From an uncultured Nitrospiraceae bacterium (GTDB lineage: Bacteria > Nitrospirota > Thermodesulfovibrionia > Thermodesulfovibrionales > Dissulfurispiraceae): 16,400 bases of DNA. The stretch spans positions 1-16,400 of the forward strand of contig CAMTVO010000048.1 in NCBI GenBank assembly GCA_947085205.1. Reading direction: 5' to 3'. Shown piece after piece: positions 7,659 to 16,400 of the stretch (within the stretch, counting starts at the first letter, position 1; each line of letters starts with the position of its first letter). The notes beneath the pieces are model-generated. The model worked only from the letters and a program-made list of their open reading frames with translations, ran no database searches and was not told the origin of the DNA. The translations under genes and the position numbers were made by a program.

Positions 7659-9884
7659 ATGGAAAAGAAATTCGGAGTTTATATATGCAAGGGTTGCAGC
7701 ATCGGCGAATCCGTCAATATAGACAATCTGATTAAGTCCACTGCGAGGGCCGCAAAGATGCAGCCTGAGGCCGTCAGGGTCCATGACGTGCTGTGCAGTC
7801 CTGCCGGCCTTGAAATGATAAAAAATGACGTTAAGGAAGGGACAAATGCAATTGTAATCGGCGCATGCTCTCCTCGCGTGAAATTTGAAGAGTTTGATCT
7901 GCCTGGCGCAATAACCGAAAGGGTCAATCTCAGGGAATTTGTGGCATGGAGCCAGGACCCCAATACCGACGCGACGCAAAGCATCGCAGAAGATTATATG
8001 AAGATGGGGATAATCAAGGTGCAGAAAGGCGACCTTCCTGAGCCTAATATACTTCCGGACCTGAGCAAGACGATAGTTGTTGTCGGAGGCGGAGTATCCG
8101 GCTTGACATCTGCTCTTGAGGCGGCTGAAGCGGGCTATGAGGTTGTGCTTGTCGAGAAGCAGGCCGAGCTCGGCGGCTGGGCGGCAAAATTATACAAGCA
8201 GACTCCGAGGGAATACCCGTATGAAAAACTGGAAGAGCCTGCCGTCTTCGCTAAGATAAAGGAGGTTGAAGCTCATCCGAATATAAAGGTTTACAAATCG
8301 GCCGTAATTGAAAAGACAGAGGGGCAGCCCGGACTGTTTGATGTGACTATAAGAACTAACGGCACGGGCGAGACTATCAAGGCAGGCGCGTTTATTATGG
8401 CAGCGGGCTGGCAGCCTTACGATGCGTCAAAGCTCGGGCATCTTGGCTACGGCAATCCTAATGTTATAACGAATGTTCAGATGGAAGAGATCGCAAAGAC
8501 AGGGAAGATAACAAGGCCTTCCGACGGCAAAGAGGCAAAAAGGGTTGCGTTCATACAATGCGCCGGATCAAGAGATCCCGAACATCTGCCTTACTGTTCG
8601 TCTTTCTGCTGTGCGACATCTCTTAAACAGGCAAAATATGTCAGGGAAAAAAACGGCGATGCGGTCGCGATGATATTTTATAAAGACATCAGAACTCCGG
8701 GACAGACCGAGATCTTCTATAAGAACATGCAGAATGACCCGGGAGTTTTATTGACAAAGGCTGATGTGACAGGCATAAGCGACGCCGGAAACGGCAATAT
8801 GTTTGTCGAGGCCGAGAACACCCTTCTCGGTGAAAAGATAAAGGTCGAGGCCGATCTTGTCGTTCTCGCCACCGGCATTGTGCCTGCTACGCGCGCGCCT
8901 CAGGAATATCTCGACGGATTGACCGAGGCAGGTAAAAAGGGTGACGATGCGAGGAAGGCTTATATCGAATCTACTCCGAAACCTGAATTTATATTGAATC
9001 TCGATTACAGGCAGGGGCCTGAAATACCTTCGCTCGAAGGCGCATACGGCTTTGCAGACTCAAACTTTATATGTTTTCAGTACGAAACAAGGAGGACAGG
9101 CATATACTCCGCCGGCTGCGTAAGGCAGCCGATGACGATGGCTGACGCATCGGACGATGCCGCAGGAGCGGCGCTTAAGGCAATTCAGTGCGTCGAGCAT
9201 GTCGCTCAGGGCATAGCCGTTCATCCGAGGGCATGGGACATGACATTCCCCGACCCTCTTATGATTAAATGCACATCCTGCAAGAGGTGCACCGAGGAAT
9301 GTCCTTTTGGAGCGATAGACGAAGATGAAAAAGGCACGCCGTTTTATAGGATCAACCGCTGCAGGCGCTGCGGCACATGCATGGGAGCGTGTCCTGAAAG
9401 GATAGTGTCTTTTAAAGATTTCAGCGTCGATATAGTCGGTTCTATGATCAGGGGCATAGAGGTGTCCGAGGATGAGTTCAGGATAGTTGTTCTGGCATGT
9501 GAAAACGACGCTTATCCGGCTTTGGACAGCGCGGCTATTAAGCGCAATAAGATTAATCCGAATGTCAGGATTATTCCTGTCAGATGTCTCGGTTCGACAA
9601 ATCTTGTATGGGTTACCGATGCGTTTTCAAAGGGTATAGACGGACTTATACTGCTCGGCTGCAAATACGGCGAAAATTATCAGTGCCATTTTGTCAAAGG
9701 CAGCGAGCTTGCGAATTACCGTTTCGGTAAAGTGAAAGAAACGCTTGATAAGCTTCAGCTTGAATCCGACAGGTGCCAGCTTATTCAGGTAGCGATATCG
9801 GAATATGACAAACTTCCGGAAATTATAAATGATTTTGTAGCAAGGGTTGAGGAAATAGGACCGAATCCGTTTAAGGAATTTTAA
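7659..9884 (+). CDS. qmoB: Qmo subunit B (HdrA-like, ferredoxin and MvhD-like domains)
   Basis: GVYICKGC, GACSPR, GGGVSG, QCAGSRD...YCSSFCC, CTSCKRCTEECP, CRRCGTCMGACP and the C-terminal ACENDAY...RCLGS...GCKYGENYQCHF. Confidence 0.96.
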   Translation: MEKKFGVYICKGCSIGESVNIDNLIKSTARAAKMQPEAVRVHDVLCSPAGLEMIKNDVKEGTNAIVIGACSPRVKFEEFDLPGAITERVNLREFVAWSQDPNTDATQSIAEDYMKMGIIKVQKGDLPEPNILPDLSKTIVVVGGGVSGLTSALEAAEAGYEVVLVEKQAELGGWAAKLYKQTPREYPYEKLEEPAVFAKIKEVEAHPNIKVYKSAVIEKTEGQPGLFDVTIRTNGTGETIKAGAFIMAAGWQPYDASKLGHLGYGNPNVITNVQMEEIAKTGKITRPSDGKEAKRVAFIQCAGSRDPEHLPYCSSFCCATSLKQAKYVREKNGDAVAMIFYKDIRTPGQTEIFYKNMQNDPGVLLTKADVTGISDAGNGNMFVEAENTLLGEKIKVEADLVVLATGIVPATRAPQEYLDGLTEAGKKGDDARKAYIESTPKPEFILNLDYRQGPEIPSLEGAYGFADSNFICFQYETRRTGIYSAGCVRQPMTMADASDDAAGAALKAIQCVEHVAQGIAVHPRAWDMTFPDPLMIKCTSCKRCTEECPFGAIDEDEKGTPFYRINRCRRCGTCMGACPERIVSFKDFSVDIVGSMIRGIEVSEDEFRIVVLACENDAYPALDSAAIKRNKINPNVRIIPVRCLGSTNLVWVTDAFSKGIDGLILLGCKYGENYQCHFVKGSELANYRFGKVKETLDKLQLESDRCQLIQVAISEYDKLPEIINDFVARVEEIGPNPFKEF

Positions 9885-9889
9885 ATAAT

Positions 9890-9942
9890 AGCTATCAGCA
9901 ATCAGCAGTCAGTTTTTTGCTGACGGCTGAAAGCTGACAGCT
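9890..9942. repeat. Heptamer tandem repeats followed by their reverse complement (hairpin)
   Basis: AGCTATC-AGCAATC-AGCAGTC-AGT, then TTTTT, then GCTGACG-GCTGAAA-GCTGACA-GCT. Confidence 0.8.
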
Positions 9943-9963
9943 TTTGAAAAGAGGAGGAGATAA

Positions 9964-11094
9964 ATGCCAGAACAGATAATGACACAGGTAATAAGTCCGG
10001 ATTTGAATTTTGTTAAAGATATCATAGCCTCTGGAGGCGAATCTCTGAAAAAATGTTATCAGTGTTCGACATGTACCGTAGTTTGCAATGTAACGCCGGA
10101 TGACAAGCCTTTCCCGAGGAAAGAGATGATGTACGCCCAGTGGGGCATGAAAGATAAGCTTGTCAGCAACCCCGATATATGGCTCTGCCATCAATGCAGT
10201 GATTGCACAGCCTATTGTCCAAGAGGCGCAAAGCCCGGAGAAGTCATCGGTGCGGTGAGAAAGCTCGCAATTCAGCATTATTCACCGACTCCTCTTGCTA
10301 AGATGGTAGGCGACCCGAAATATCTTTTGATGCTCTTTGCTATACCTGTATTGCTTTTCCTCGCCTATATAGTCCCCAAAGGCTATCTCGATTTTTCAGC
10401 TATTCCGAGAGGTGAAGACGGTGGCATAGTCTATTCCAAATTTGTGCCTGTATTCCCTGAGATAGATGTTACTTTCGGAGCTGCTGCATTTTTCGCTGCA
10501 GTCTGTTTTGTGCTCGGCATAAAGAGATACTGGACTGATATGAGCGCAGGTGTAAAGGTGCAGGGAAATCTAATGGACAGCATAAAAGCGACAATAATAG
10601 ATATAATTACCCACAAGAAATTTGAGAAGTGCAATGTTACAAAGGACAGAAAGACCTCACACCTCTTGGTGTTCTATTCCTTTGTCGGACTTGCCATAAC
10701 AACAACTCTTGCTATTGTTTACCTTTACGGATTCAAGTATGAATCTCCGTATCCACTATACGACCCATTGAAGATCATCGGTAATATAAGCGCACTTGCT
10801 CTGCTTTACGGAATAACACTTGTGACAGGCAACAGGCTGAAGAACGCGGAAAAGGCAGGAAAGGGAAGTTATTTCGACTGGTTGTTTATAACAGTAGTAG
10901 CTGTAGTTGCGGTTACAGGAATGGGCGCACAATTATTTAGATTGGCTGATATCGCCATTCTGGCATATCCGACATACTTTACGCATCTGGTATTCGTATT
11001 CTTTCTCTTTGCTTACGCTCCGTTTTCCAAGATGGCGCATATGGTTTACAGGACAACTGCAATGGTCTTTGCAAGGCATACAAATAGGGACTGA
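9964..11094 (+). CDS. qmoC: Qmo subunit C (HdrC-like Fe-S domain plus heme-b membrane domain)
   Basis: CYQCSTCTVVC and WLCHQCSDCTAYCPRGAKPG, several hydrophobic segments, and His motifs SHLLVFY, THLVFVF and PFSKMAH. Confidence 0.95.
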   Translation: MPEQIMTQVISPDLNFVKDIIASGGESLKKCYQCSTCTVVCNVTPDDKPFPRKEMMYAQWGMKDKLVSNPDIWLCHQCSDCTAYCPRGAKPGEVIGAVRKLAIQHYSPTPLAKMVGDPKYLLMLFAIPVLLFLAYIVPKGYLDFSAIPRGEDGGIVYSKFVPVFPEIDVTFGAAAFFAAVCFVLGIKRYWTDMSAGVKVQGNLMDSIKATIIDIITHKKFEKCNVTKDRKTSHLLVFYSFVGLAITTTLAIVYLYGFKYESPYPLYDPLKIIGNISALALLYGITLVTGNRLKNAEKAGKGSYFDWLFITVVAVVAVTGMGAQLFRLADIAILAYPTYFTHLVFVFFLFAYAPFSKMAHMVYRTTAMVFARHTNRD

Positions 11095-11245
11095 GGTTAT
11101 CGTTTATTGCGTTTAAAGTTAATTATTTACGCTATAACGCTATGATTAATAAGGGGGGTGAAAAGAGGCGAAACATAGGGTCAGGTTGGTGGACGAGGAA
11201 GTATTGAGTATAAACTAAACTTTATAATAAGGAGGAGAGAAGGAA

Positions 11246-13327
11246 ATGAGTGAAATAATTCTTTTTGCCCTTATCAGCGGTGGATTGGGGGTATTATATG
11301 CCCTATATACTGCAGTATGGGTTACAAAACAAGACGCTGGCTCAGACCGTATGCAGCAGATATCCAATGCTGTAAAGGAAGGGGCAGAGGCATTTCTCAA
11401 GCGGGAATATACAACAGTCGCAGTAGTAGGTGTGATAGTGACTATCATAATAACTATAATTCCTCAACTCGGTATCTGGCCTGCCATAGGCTTTGTAATA
11501 GGAGCGATTGGTTCAGCCCTCGCCGGCTATATAGGAATGATGGTTTCTGTCAGGGCTAATGTGCGCACAGCACAGGCTGCAAGCAAAGGACTTACTGCCG
11601 CACTGAGCATGGCATTTAAGGGTGGAGCAGTTACAGGCATGATGGTTGTAGGATTGGCGCTTATCAGCATAGCAGGATTTTTTCTCATTGCCACTTCAGC
11701 GGTGCCTGATGCCAAAAAGGCATTTCATGCGCTTATAGGGCTTGGGTTTGGCGGCTCTCTGATGAGCATTTTTGCTCGTATTGCAGGCGGTATTTATACA
11801 AAAGCCGCTGATGTCGGCGCAGACCTCGTTGGTAAGGTTGAGGCTGGCATACCAGAGGATGACCCGAGAAACCCTGCAGTTATAGCAGACAATGTGGGTG
11901 ACAATGTTGGCGACTGTGCAGGAATGGCCGCGGACCTCTATGAGACATATGTTGTTACACTCGTAGCAGCTATGCTTTTGGCAGGAACAGTTTTTGGTTA
12001 TGATAGCAAATGGGTAGAGTTCCCGCTGCTTCTGGGCGGCATCTCAATTGTAGCCTCCATCATAGGCACATACTTTGTTAAACTCGGCAAAAAACAGTAT
12101 ATCATGGGCGCTCTTTATAAGGGGCTTGCGGTATCAGGTATTCTGGCTGCAGGCGCTTTTTATGTAGTATCCGATAGATTTATTTCCAGTCTTACAGGCA
12201 CAGATGCAGGCGTATTTACTGCAGGAAGTGTATTCTTGACTGCATTGATAGGGCTTGCTCTCACAGGTCTGATAGTGATGATTACAGAGTATTTCACCGC
12301 TAAGGAGTATAGCCCTGTAAAACATATTGCAAAGGCCAGCCTCACCGGTCACGGAACAAATGTTATCGCAGGCCTCGCAGTCAGTATGAAGTCAACCGGC
12401 GCTCCTGTTTTAGTAATCGTCGGGGCAATCCTCGGCGCTTATGCGCTAGGCGGCGGATTCAGCGGCACTCCGGATGCGGCTGGATACGGACTTTTTGCAA
12501 TAGCGCTTTCAGCGGTTTCAATGCTTTCAATGACCGGTATCGTTGTTGCGATTGACTCGTACGGACCAATAACTGACAATGCAGGCGGTATTGCCGAGAT
12601 GGCAGAGCTTCCCAAGGAGATCCGCGAGATTACAGACCCATTGGATGCAGTCGGAAACACAACAAAGGCAGTTACAAAGGGCTATGCCATAGGTTCTGCA
12701 GGACTTGCAGCTCTGGTACTTTTTGCGGAGTACTCCAGGTCGTTCCCTGAGATTATTCTGTTTGACCTATCGAACCCCATGGTATTGGCAGGGCTCTTTA
12801 TCGGCGGTCTGCTCCCTTATTATTTTGGCTCACTCCTTATGGAGGCTGTTGGAAAGGCAGCAGGCAGCGTTGTTGAAGAAGTCAGAAGGCAGTTCCGTGA
12901 GATAAAGGGAATCATGGAAGGAACTGGAAAACCGGAATATGGAAAATGCGTTGATATTGTTACAAAAGGCGCACTCAAACAGATGATGGTTCCGGCACTT
13001 ATACCTGTTGTCGCTCCCATTCTCGTAGGCTTGATTCTCGGCAGAGAGGCGCTTGGCGGAGTACTTATCGGAAGCATAGTAACAGGTCTCTTCCAGGCAA
13101 TCGCTATGACAAGCGGCGGCGGCGCATGGGACAACGCGAAGAAATCCTTTGAAGACGGCGTTACCGACGACAAAGGCGTTTTACATAAGAAGGGGAGTGA
13201 GGGACACAAAGCTTCTGTCACAGGCGATACGGTTGGCGACCCGTATAAGGATACAGCGGGACCCGCAATCAACCCGATGATCAAGGTTATCAATATCGTT
13301 GCATTGCTTATTGTTCCACTTCTTTAG
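11246..13327 (+). CDS. hppA: Membrane-bound proton-translocating pyrophosphatase, K+-independent type
   Basis: [37 protein letters not shown] and [16 protein letters not shown] carries the Lys diagnostic of K+-independent enzymes. Confidence 0.96.
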   Translation: MSEIILFALISGGLGVLYALYTAVWVTKQDAGSDRMQQISNAVKEGAEAFLKREYTTVAVVGVIVTIIITIIPQLGIWPAIGFVIGAIGSALAGYIGMMVSVRANVRTAQAASKGLTAALSMAFKGGAVTGMMVVGLALISIAGFFLIATSAVPDAKKAFHALIGLGFGGSLMSIFARIAGGIYTKAADVGADLVGKVEAGIPEDDPRNPAVIADNVGDNVGDCAGMAADLYETYVVTLVAAMLLAGTVFGYDSKWVEFPLLLGGISIVASIIGTYFVKLGKKQYIMGALYKGLAVSGILAAGAFYVVSDRFISSLTGTDAGVFTAGSVFLTALIGLALTGLIVMITEYFTAKEYSPVKHIAKASLTGHGTNVIAGLAVSMKSTGAPVLVIVGAILGAYALGGGFSGTPDAAGYGLFAIALSAVSMLSMTGIVVAIDSYGPITDNAGGIAEMAELPKEIREITDPLDAVGNTTKAVTKGYAIGSAGLAALVLFAEYSRSFPEIILFDLSNPMVLAGLFIGGLLPYYFGSLLMEAVGKAAGSVVEEVRRQFREIKGIMEGTGKPEYGKCVDIVTKGALKQMMVPALIPVVAPILVGLILGREALGGVLIGSIVTGLFQAIAMTSGGGAWDNAKKSFEDGVTDDKGVLHKKGSEGHKASVTGDTVGDPYKDTAGPAINPMIKVINIVALLIVPLL

Positions 13328-13343
13328 TAGCTTAGACTTGTTC

Positions 13344-13378
13344 AAAGACGGCAGGGAATATTCCCTGCCGTCTTTTTT
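13344..13378 (+). terminator. Rho-independent terminator after hppA
   Basis: Perfect 32-bp palindrome AAAGACGGCAGGGAAT|ATTCCCTGCCGTCTTT (13344-13375) running into a T tract. Confidence 0.88.
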
Positions 13379-13391
13379 ATGCCCGGGCAGC

Positions 13392-13421
13392 TTGCTAAAG
13401 ATTTGGTATATCTTGTAAAAT
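13392..13421 (+). promoter_or_regulatory. Putative sigma70 promoter of rpmE
   Basis: TTGCTA (13392-13397) - 18 nt - TAAAAT (13416-13421). Confidence 0.5.
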
Positions 13422-13455
13422 AATAATCTAAATTTTCATTCAGGAGGTTTGTAAA

Positions 13456-13656
13456 TTGAAAGAGGGAATTCATCCGAATTATAAAGATGCAAAGGTTAGC
13501 TGTGCATGCGGCGAGGCATTTACCACCAAATCAACAATGGATAATATCAAAATTGATATCTGCTCAAAGTGCCATCCATTTTTTACCGGCAAACAGAAAA
13601 TAGTCGACGCCGAAGGAAGAGTAGAGAAGTTTAAGAAGAAATACACAAAGAAATAG
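13456..13656 (+). CDS. rpmE: 50S ribosomal protein L31 (zinc-binding, C+ form), TTG start
   Basis: MKEGIHPNY...CACG...[25 protein letters not shown]. Confidence 0.97.
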   Translation: MKEGIHPNYKDAKVSCACGEAFTTKSTMDNIKIDICSKCHPFFTGKQKIVDAEGRVEKFKKKYTKK

Positions 13657-13673
13657 CATATTCGGCGGTTTGG

Positions 13674-13717
13674 GGTTAGGGTTTAGGGATATGTCTGAAC
13701 TCTAACCTTTTTTATTT
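13674..13717 (+). terminator. Probable terminator after rpmE (G-U-rich 14-bp stem)
   Basis: GGTTAGGGTTTAGG pairs with TCTGAACTCTAACC using three G-U pairs and is followed by TTTTTTATTT. Confidence 0.6.
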
Positions 13718-13771
13718 GGATTAAAAGATGTGATGTTATATAGATAATTATGTGATAAAGAGGGTTAGTAA

Positions 13772-14668
13772 ATGAAGAACATAGGCGGACAGGCGGTAAT
13801 AGAAGGCGTAATGATGAAGTCTCCTGCCGGTTGGAGCGTTGCCGTGAGGAGCCCACAGGGGGAAATAAATCTCAAGACTGTCAGAACAAAAAAGATGCCG
13901 GCTTTTTTTAAGCTGCCCGTTATAAGGGGAGTCGTAGCGCTCTTTCATGCGCTGATGATCGGCGTCAAGGCCATTGAGTTTTCCGGAAGTGTGGCTTATC
14001 AGGAAAAGGAAGGGGAAAAGCCCATCAGTGGTTGGGGCATGGGGCTTTCAATAGGATTTGCGTTTATCCTTGCGATAGCGCTATTTAAGTTTCTTCCTCT
14101 TTTGGTGACAACCCTTATGGGCAGTGTGTTTCAAGGCATTTCGAACAGTTCGCTGCTCTTTAATCTCACAGACGGTATTCTCCGCGTAGGCATATTCTTC
14201 TTTTACATATTCGCCATCGGCCTCTGGAAAGAGATGCGGAGGATATACCAGTATCACGGCGCAGAGCATAAGGTTATATATGCCTATGAAGCAGGGGACG
14301 ACCTTACCGTAGAGAACGCAAAAAAATACAAGCCCTATCATCCGAGGTGCGGAACCAGCTTTCTTCTGATTGTGATGGTCATAAGCATAATGGTGTTTAT
14401 GCTGATACCCAAAGAATGGTCTTTCGTCGATAAACTGACATCAAGGATTATTCTTATACCGGTTATTGCAGGCCTGTCTTATGAAATCCTCAGATTCTCC
14501 GTAAAAATGAAGAACAATCCCATAATGGGGGCGATGATTCTTCCGGGCCTTCTTTTGCAGAGGATGACAGTCAGGGAGCCTGACGACTCCCAGATAGAGG
14601 TTGCGCTTGCGGCTATGCATGAGGTGCTGAAACTGGATAGAGATAGAGAGGTTTGCAGGCAATGTTAG
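13772..14668 (+). CDS. DUF1385 family membrane protein (putative metal-dependent enzyme)
   Basis: [27 protein letters not shown] and [13 protein letters not shown]. Typical position between rpmE and prfA. Confidence 0.92.
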   Translation: MKNIGGQAVIEGVMMKSPAGWSVAVRSPQGEINLKTVRTKKMPAFFKLPVIRGVVALFHALMIGVKAIEFSGSVAYQEKEGEKPISGWGMGLSIGFAFILAIALFKFLPLLVTTLMGSVFQGISNSSLLFNLTDGILRVGIFFFYIFAIGLWKEMRRIYQYHGAEHKVIYAYEAGDDLTVENAKKYKPYHPRCGTSFLLIVMVISIMVFMLIPKEWSFVDKLTSRIILIPVIAGLSYEILRFSVKMKNNPIMGAMILPGLLLQRMTVREPDDSQIEVALAAMHEVLKLDRDREVCRQC

Positions 14669-15723
14669 AAAAGCTTCTGACAATAGAAGAAAAGTATGAG
14701 GAGATAACCAATTCACTGATAAATCCAGATATCTTGTCAAATGCCCATCTGTATCAGAAATACTCAAAGGAGCAGGCAGAGCTTTTTCCGATTGTCGAGA
14801 AGATAAAAGAGTACAAGAAACTCCTTGCAGACCTCGAAGAGACAGAGGAACTGCTCAAGGGCGGGGACGGCGATTTGATGGAGTTAGCTCAGGAAGAACT
14901 GGAAGACCTCAAGAAGAGAAAGCCCGTCGTAGAAAATGCTCTTAAGATAATGCTTCTTCCAAAGGACCATCGGGATGAAAGGAATGTCATTCTCGAAATA
15001 CGGGCGGGCACAGGAGGAGAGGAGGCGGCCCTCTTTGGAGCAAGCCTTTTCAGGATGTATTCAAAATATGCTGAAGCAAGAAGGTGGAAAATAGAGGTGA
15101 TTGATTCAAGTCCCACAGGTCTCGGCGGACTTAAGGAAATTATAGCGAATATTACCGGAAAGGGCGCATACAGCAGGCTTAAGTATGAGAGCGGCGTTCA
15201 CAGGGTTCAGAGAGTGCCTGTCACAGAGGCGTCGGGCAGGATTCATACATCCGCTGCGACAGTTGCCGTTCTGCCGGAAGCAGAGGAACTTGATATAAAG
15301 ATAGAAGAAAAGGATTTGAGAGTAGATACCTTTTGCTCCTCAGGCGCAGGAGGACAGAGCGTCAACACCACCTATTCTGCGGTGAGGATTACGCATATCC
15401 CTACCGGACTCGTTGTGCAGTGTCAGGACGAGCGTTCACAGCTTAAGAACAGGGGAAAGGCTATGAAGGTATTGCGTTCCCGTCTCTTTGAAATAGAGAG
15501 CGAGAAAAAGCAGAAGGAGCGCGCTATGGAGAGGAAGACGCAGGTCGGCACAGGAGACAGGAGCGAGAGGATAAGGACTTACAATTACCCGCAGAACAGG
15601 GTGACAGACCACAGGATTGGTCTCACGCTCCATAAGCTTGAGCAGGCATTGGAAGGAAACATTGACGATATTATAGATGCTCTTATTACTCATTATCAGG
15701 CCGAGAGGCTCAAAGAGTTGTAG
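14662..15723 (+). CDS. prfA: Peptide chain release factor 1
   Basis: [25 protein letters not shown] (RF1 PxT motif), [10 protein letters not shown] (GGQ) and [17 protein letters not shown] 14662 overlaps the end of the upstream gene and is preferred over TTG 14653. Confidence 0.98.
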   Translation: MLEKLLTIEEKYEEITNSLINPDILSNAHLYQKYSKEQAELFPIVEKIKEYKKLLADLEETEELLKGGDGDLMELAQEELEDLKKRKPVVENALKIMLLPKDHRDERNVILEIRAGTGGEEAALFGASLFRMYSKYAEARRWKIEVIDSSPTGLGGLKEIIANITGKGAYSRLKYESGVHRVQRVPVTEASGRIHTSAATVAVLPEAEELDIKIEEKDLRVDTFCSSGAGGQSVNTTYSAVRITHIPTGLVVQCQDERSQLKNRGKAMKVLRSRLFEIESEKKQKERAMERKTQVGTGDRSERIRTYNYPQNRVTDHRIGLTLHKLEQALEGNIDDIIDALITHYQAERLKEL

Positions 15724-15846
15724 TCTTTCAGCGGCTGGCAAGCCGCGATCCGGAGCGGGTCGCCGAATACTGTTGACGCCTCATGGAAAGCGACGCCGCA
15801 GGTGCGGCGGTCGTTATGCCGTATCCTGTGGAGTGATTTGTTATAC
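15724..15846 (-). mobile_element. Two truncated integron attC-like sites downstream of the methyltransferase
   Basis: The minus strand reads GTATAAC-AAATC-ACTCCACAGG (from 15846) and then GCATAAC-GACCG-CCGCACCTGCGGCG (from 15819). Both resemble the R''-5 nt-L'' left half of attC sites; no matching L'/R' (GTTRRRY) half is present. Confidence 0.5.
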
Positions 15847-15863
15847 ATTAAATTTCTTTATTA

Positions 15864-16400
15864 TTATGGAGCAAGCTGTTTATTTTCAAAAATATTCAAT
15901 TGATTTAAGTGTTTTTTAATTCTTTGGTTTGCTAATTTAACATAGGAATGTTCAATATCATATCCGATATAATGCCTGCCATCTTTCAATGCAGCAAGGC
16001 AAGCAGTGCCGCTACCGCAGAATGGGTCTAAAACAACATCGCCCTTGAAAGTATATAGTTGAATCAATCTGCGTGGTAATTCTTCAGGAAATGGGGCGGG
16101 ATGTCCAATCATGCGGGCTGAGACTGCGGGAAATGTCCAAACGCTTTTTGTCCACTCAAGAAAATCTTCTTTCGCAATTGTATCTTTTTTGCTTCCTCTT
16201 TTTCTTGAAAAAGATTCTTTTGAAAAAATTAAAATATATTCGTGAATGTCTCTCAATACTGGATTACCAGCAGACAACCAACTACCCCAAGCTGTTGATG
16301 GACTTGCACTTGATGCCTTATTCCAAATTATTTCACCCCTCATTAGAAAACCAATATCGAGCATGTCTTCAATGATATAGCTGTGAAGCGGAATATATGG
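15864..16400 (-). CDS. Site-specific DNA methyltransferase (N4-cytosine/N6-adenine, beta-class layout), 5' end outside the window
   Basis: The frame is open to the window edge (PYIPLHSYIIED precedes the listed Met). Motifs: GEIIWNK, HEYILIFSK, SVWTF, GHPAPFP, C-terminal motif I VLDPFCGSGT and YIGYDI. Confidence 0.92.
   Translation of the reverse strand, partial: PYIPLHSYIIEDMLDIGFLMRGEIIWNKASSASPSTAWGSWLSAGNPVLRDIHEYILIFSKESFSRKRGSKKDTIAKEDFLEWTKSVWTFPAVSARMIGHPAPFPEELPRRLIQLYTFKGDVVLDPFCGSGTACLAALKDGRHYIGYDIEHSYVKLANQRIKKHLNQLNIFENKQLAP

Noticed and set aside
7093..8530. Identical 17-mer AGGCCTTCCGACGGCAA in qmoA (7093-7109) and qmoB (8514-8530)
   Set aside because: Encodes the conserved RPSDGK motif of paralogous HdrA-like proteins; explained by paralogy.
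11092..11145. Selenocysteine read-through of the qmoC TGA
   Set aside because: QmoC is already full length, no Cys is expected at that position and there is no convincing SECIS.
13667..13688. Telomere-like/G-quadruplex sequence GGTTTGGGGTTAGGGTTTAGGG
   Set aside because: Only three runs of at least three G; better explained as the left arm of the hairpin after rpmE.
915..15741. Many antisense and alternate-frame ORFs within the core genes (e.g. 915-1367, 2479-3024, 3806-4240, 4269-4814, 9895-10278, 12820-13293)
   Set aside because: Shadow ORFs of well-conserved genes with no motifs; 9895-10278 ends in repeat-derived sequence.
15677..16375. Plus-strand ORFs 15677-15919 and 16073-16375
   Set aside because: They overlap prfA, the attC-like segment and the antisense strand of the methyltransferase; no protein-like features.

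Overview
Mostly a core bacterial chromosomal region built around an intact dissimilatory sulfur-metabolism cluster on the + strand: adk - sat - aprB - aprA - qmoA - qmoB - qmoC - hppA (K+-independent membrane pyrophosphatase). It is followed by rpmE - DUF1385 - prfA and preceded by tRNA-fMet (- strand) and rdgB. The protein sequences and gene order suggest a Thermodesulfovibrionia/Nitrospirota-like organism (inference; no search was run). Both edges look accessory. On the left, a palindromic REP/MITE-like element is read in frame into what looks like the C-terminal half of an XRE-type regulator, followed by a small Cys-rich protein. On the right, a convergent, AT-rich N4/N6 DNA methyltransferase (truncated by the window) is followed by two apparent attC half-sites. 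The intergenic spacers of the sulfur cluster contain nested REP doublets, hairpins built from short tandem repeats and their reverse complements, and a repeated orphan Shine-Dalgarno-like motif. No CRISPR array, rRNA or transposase gene was seen.
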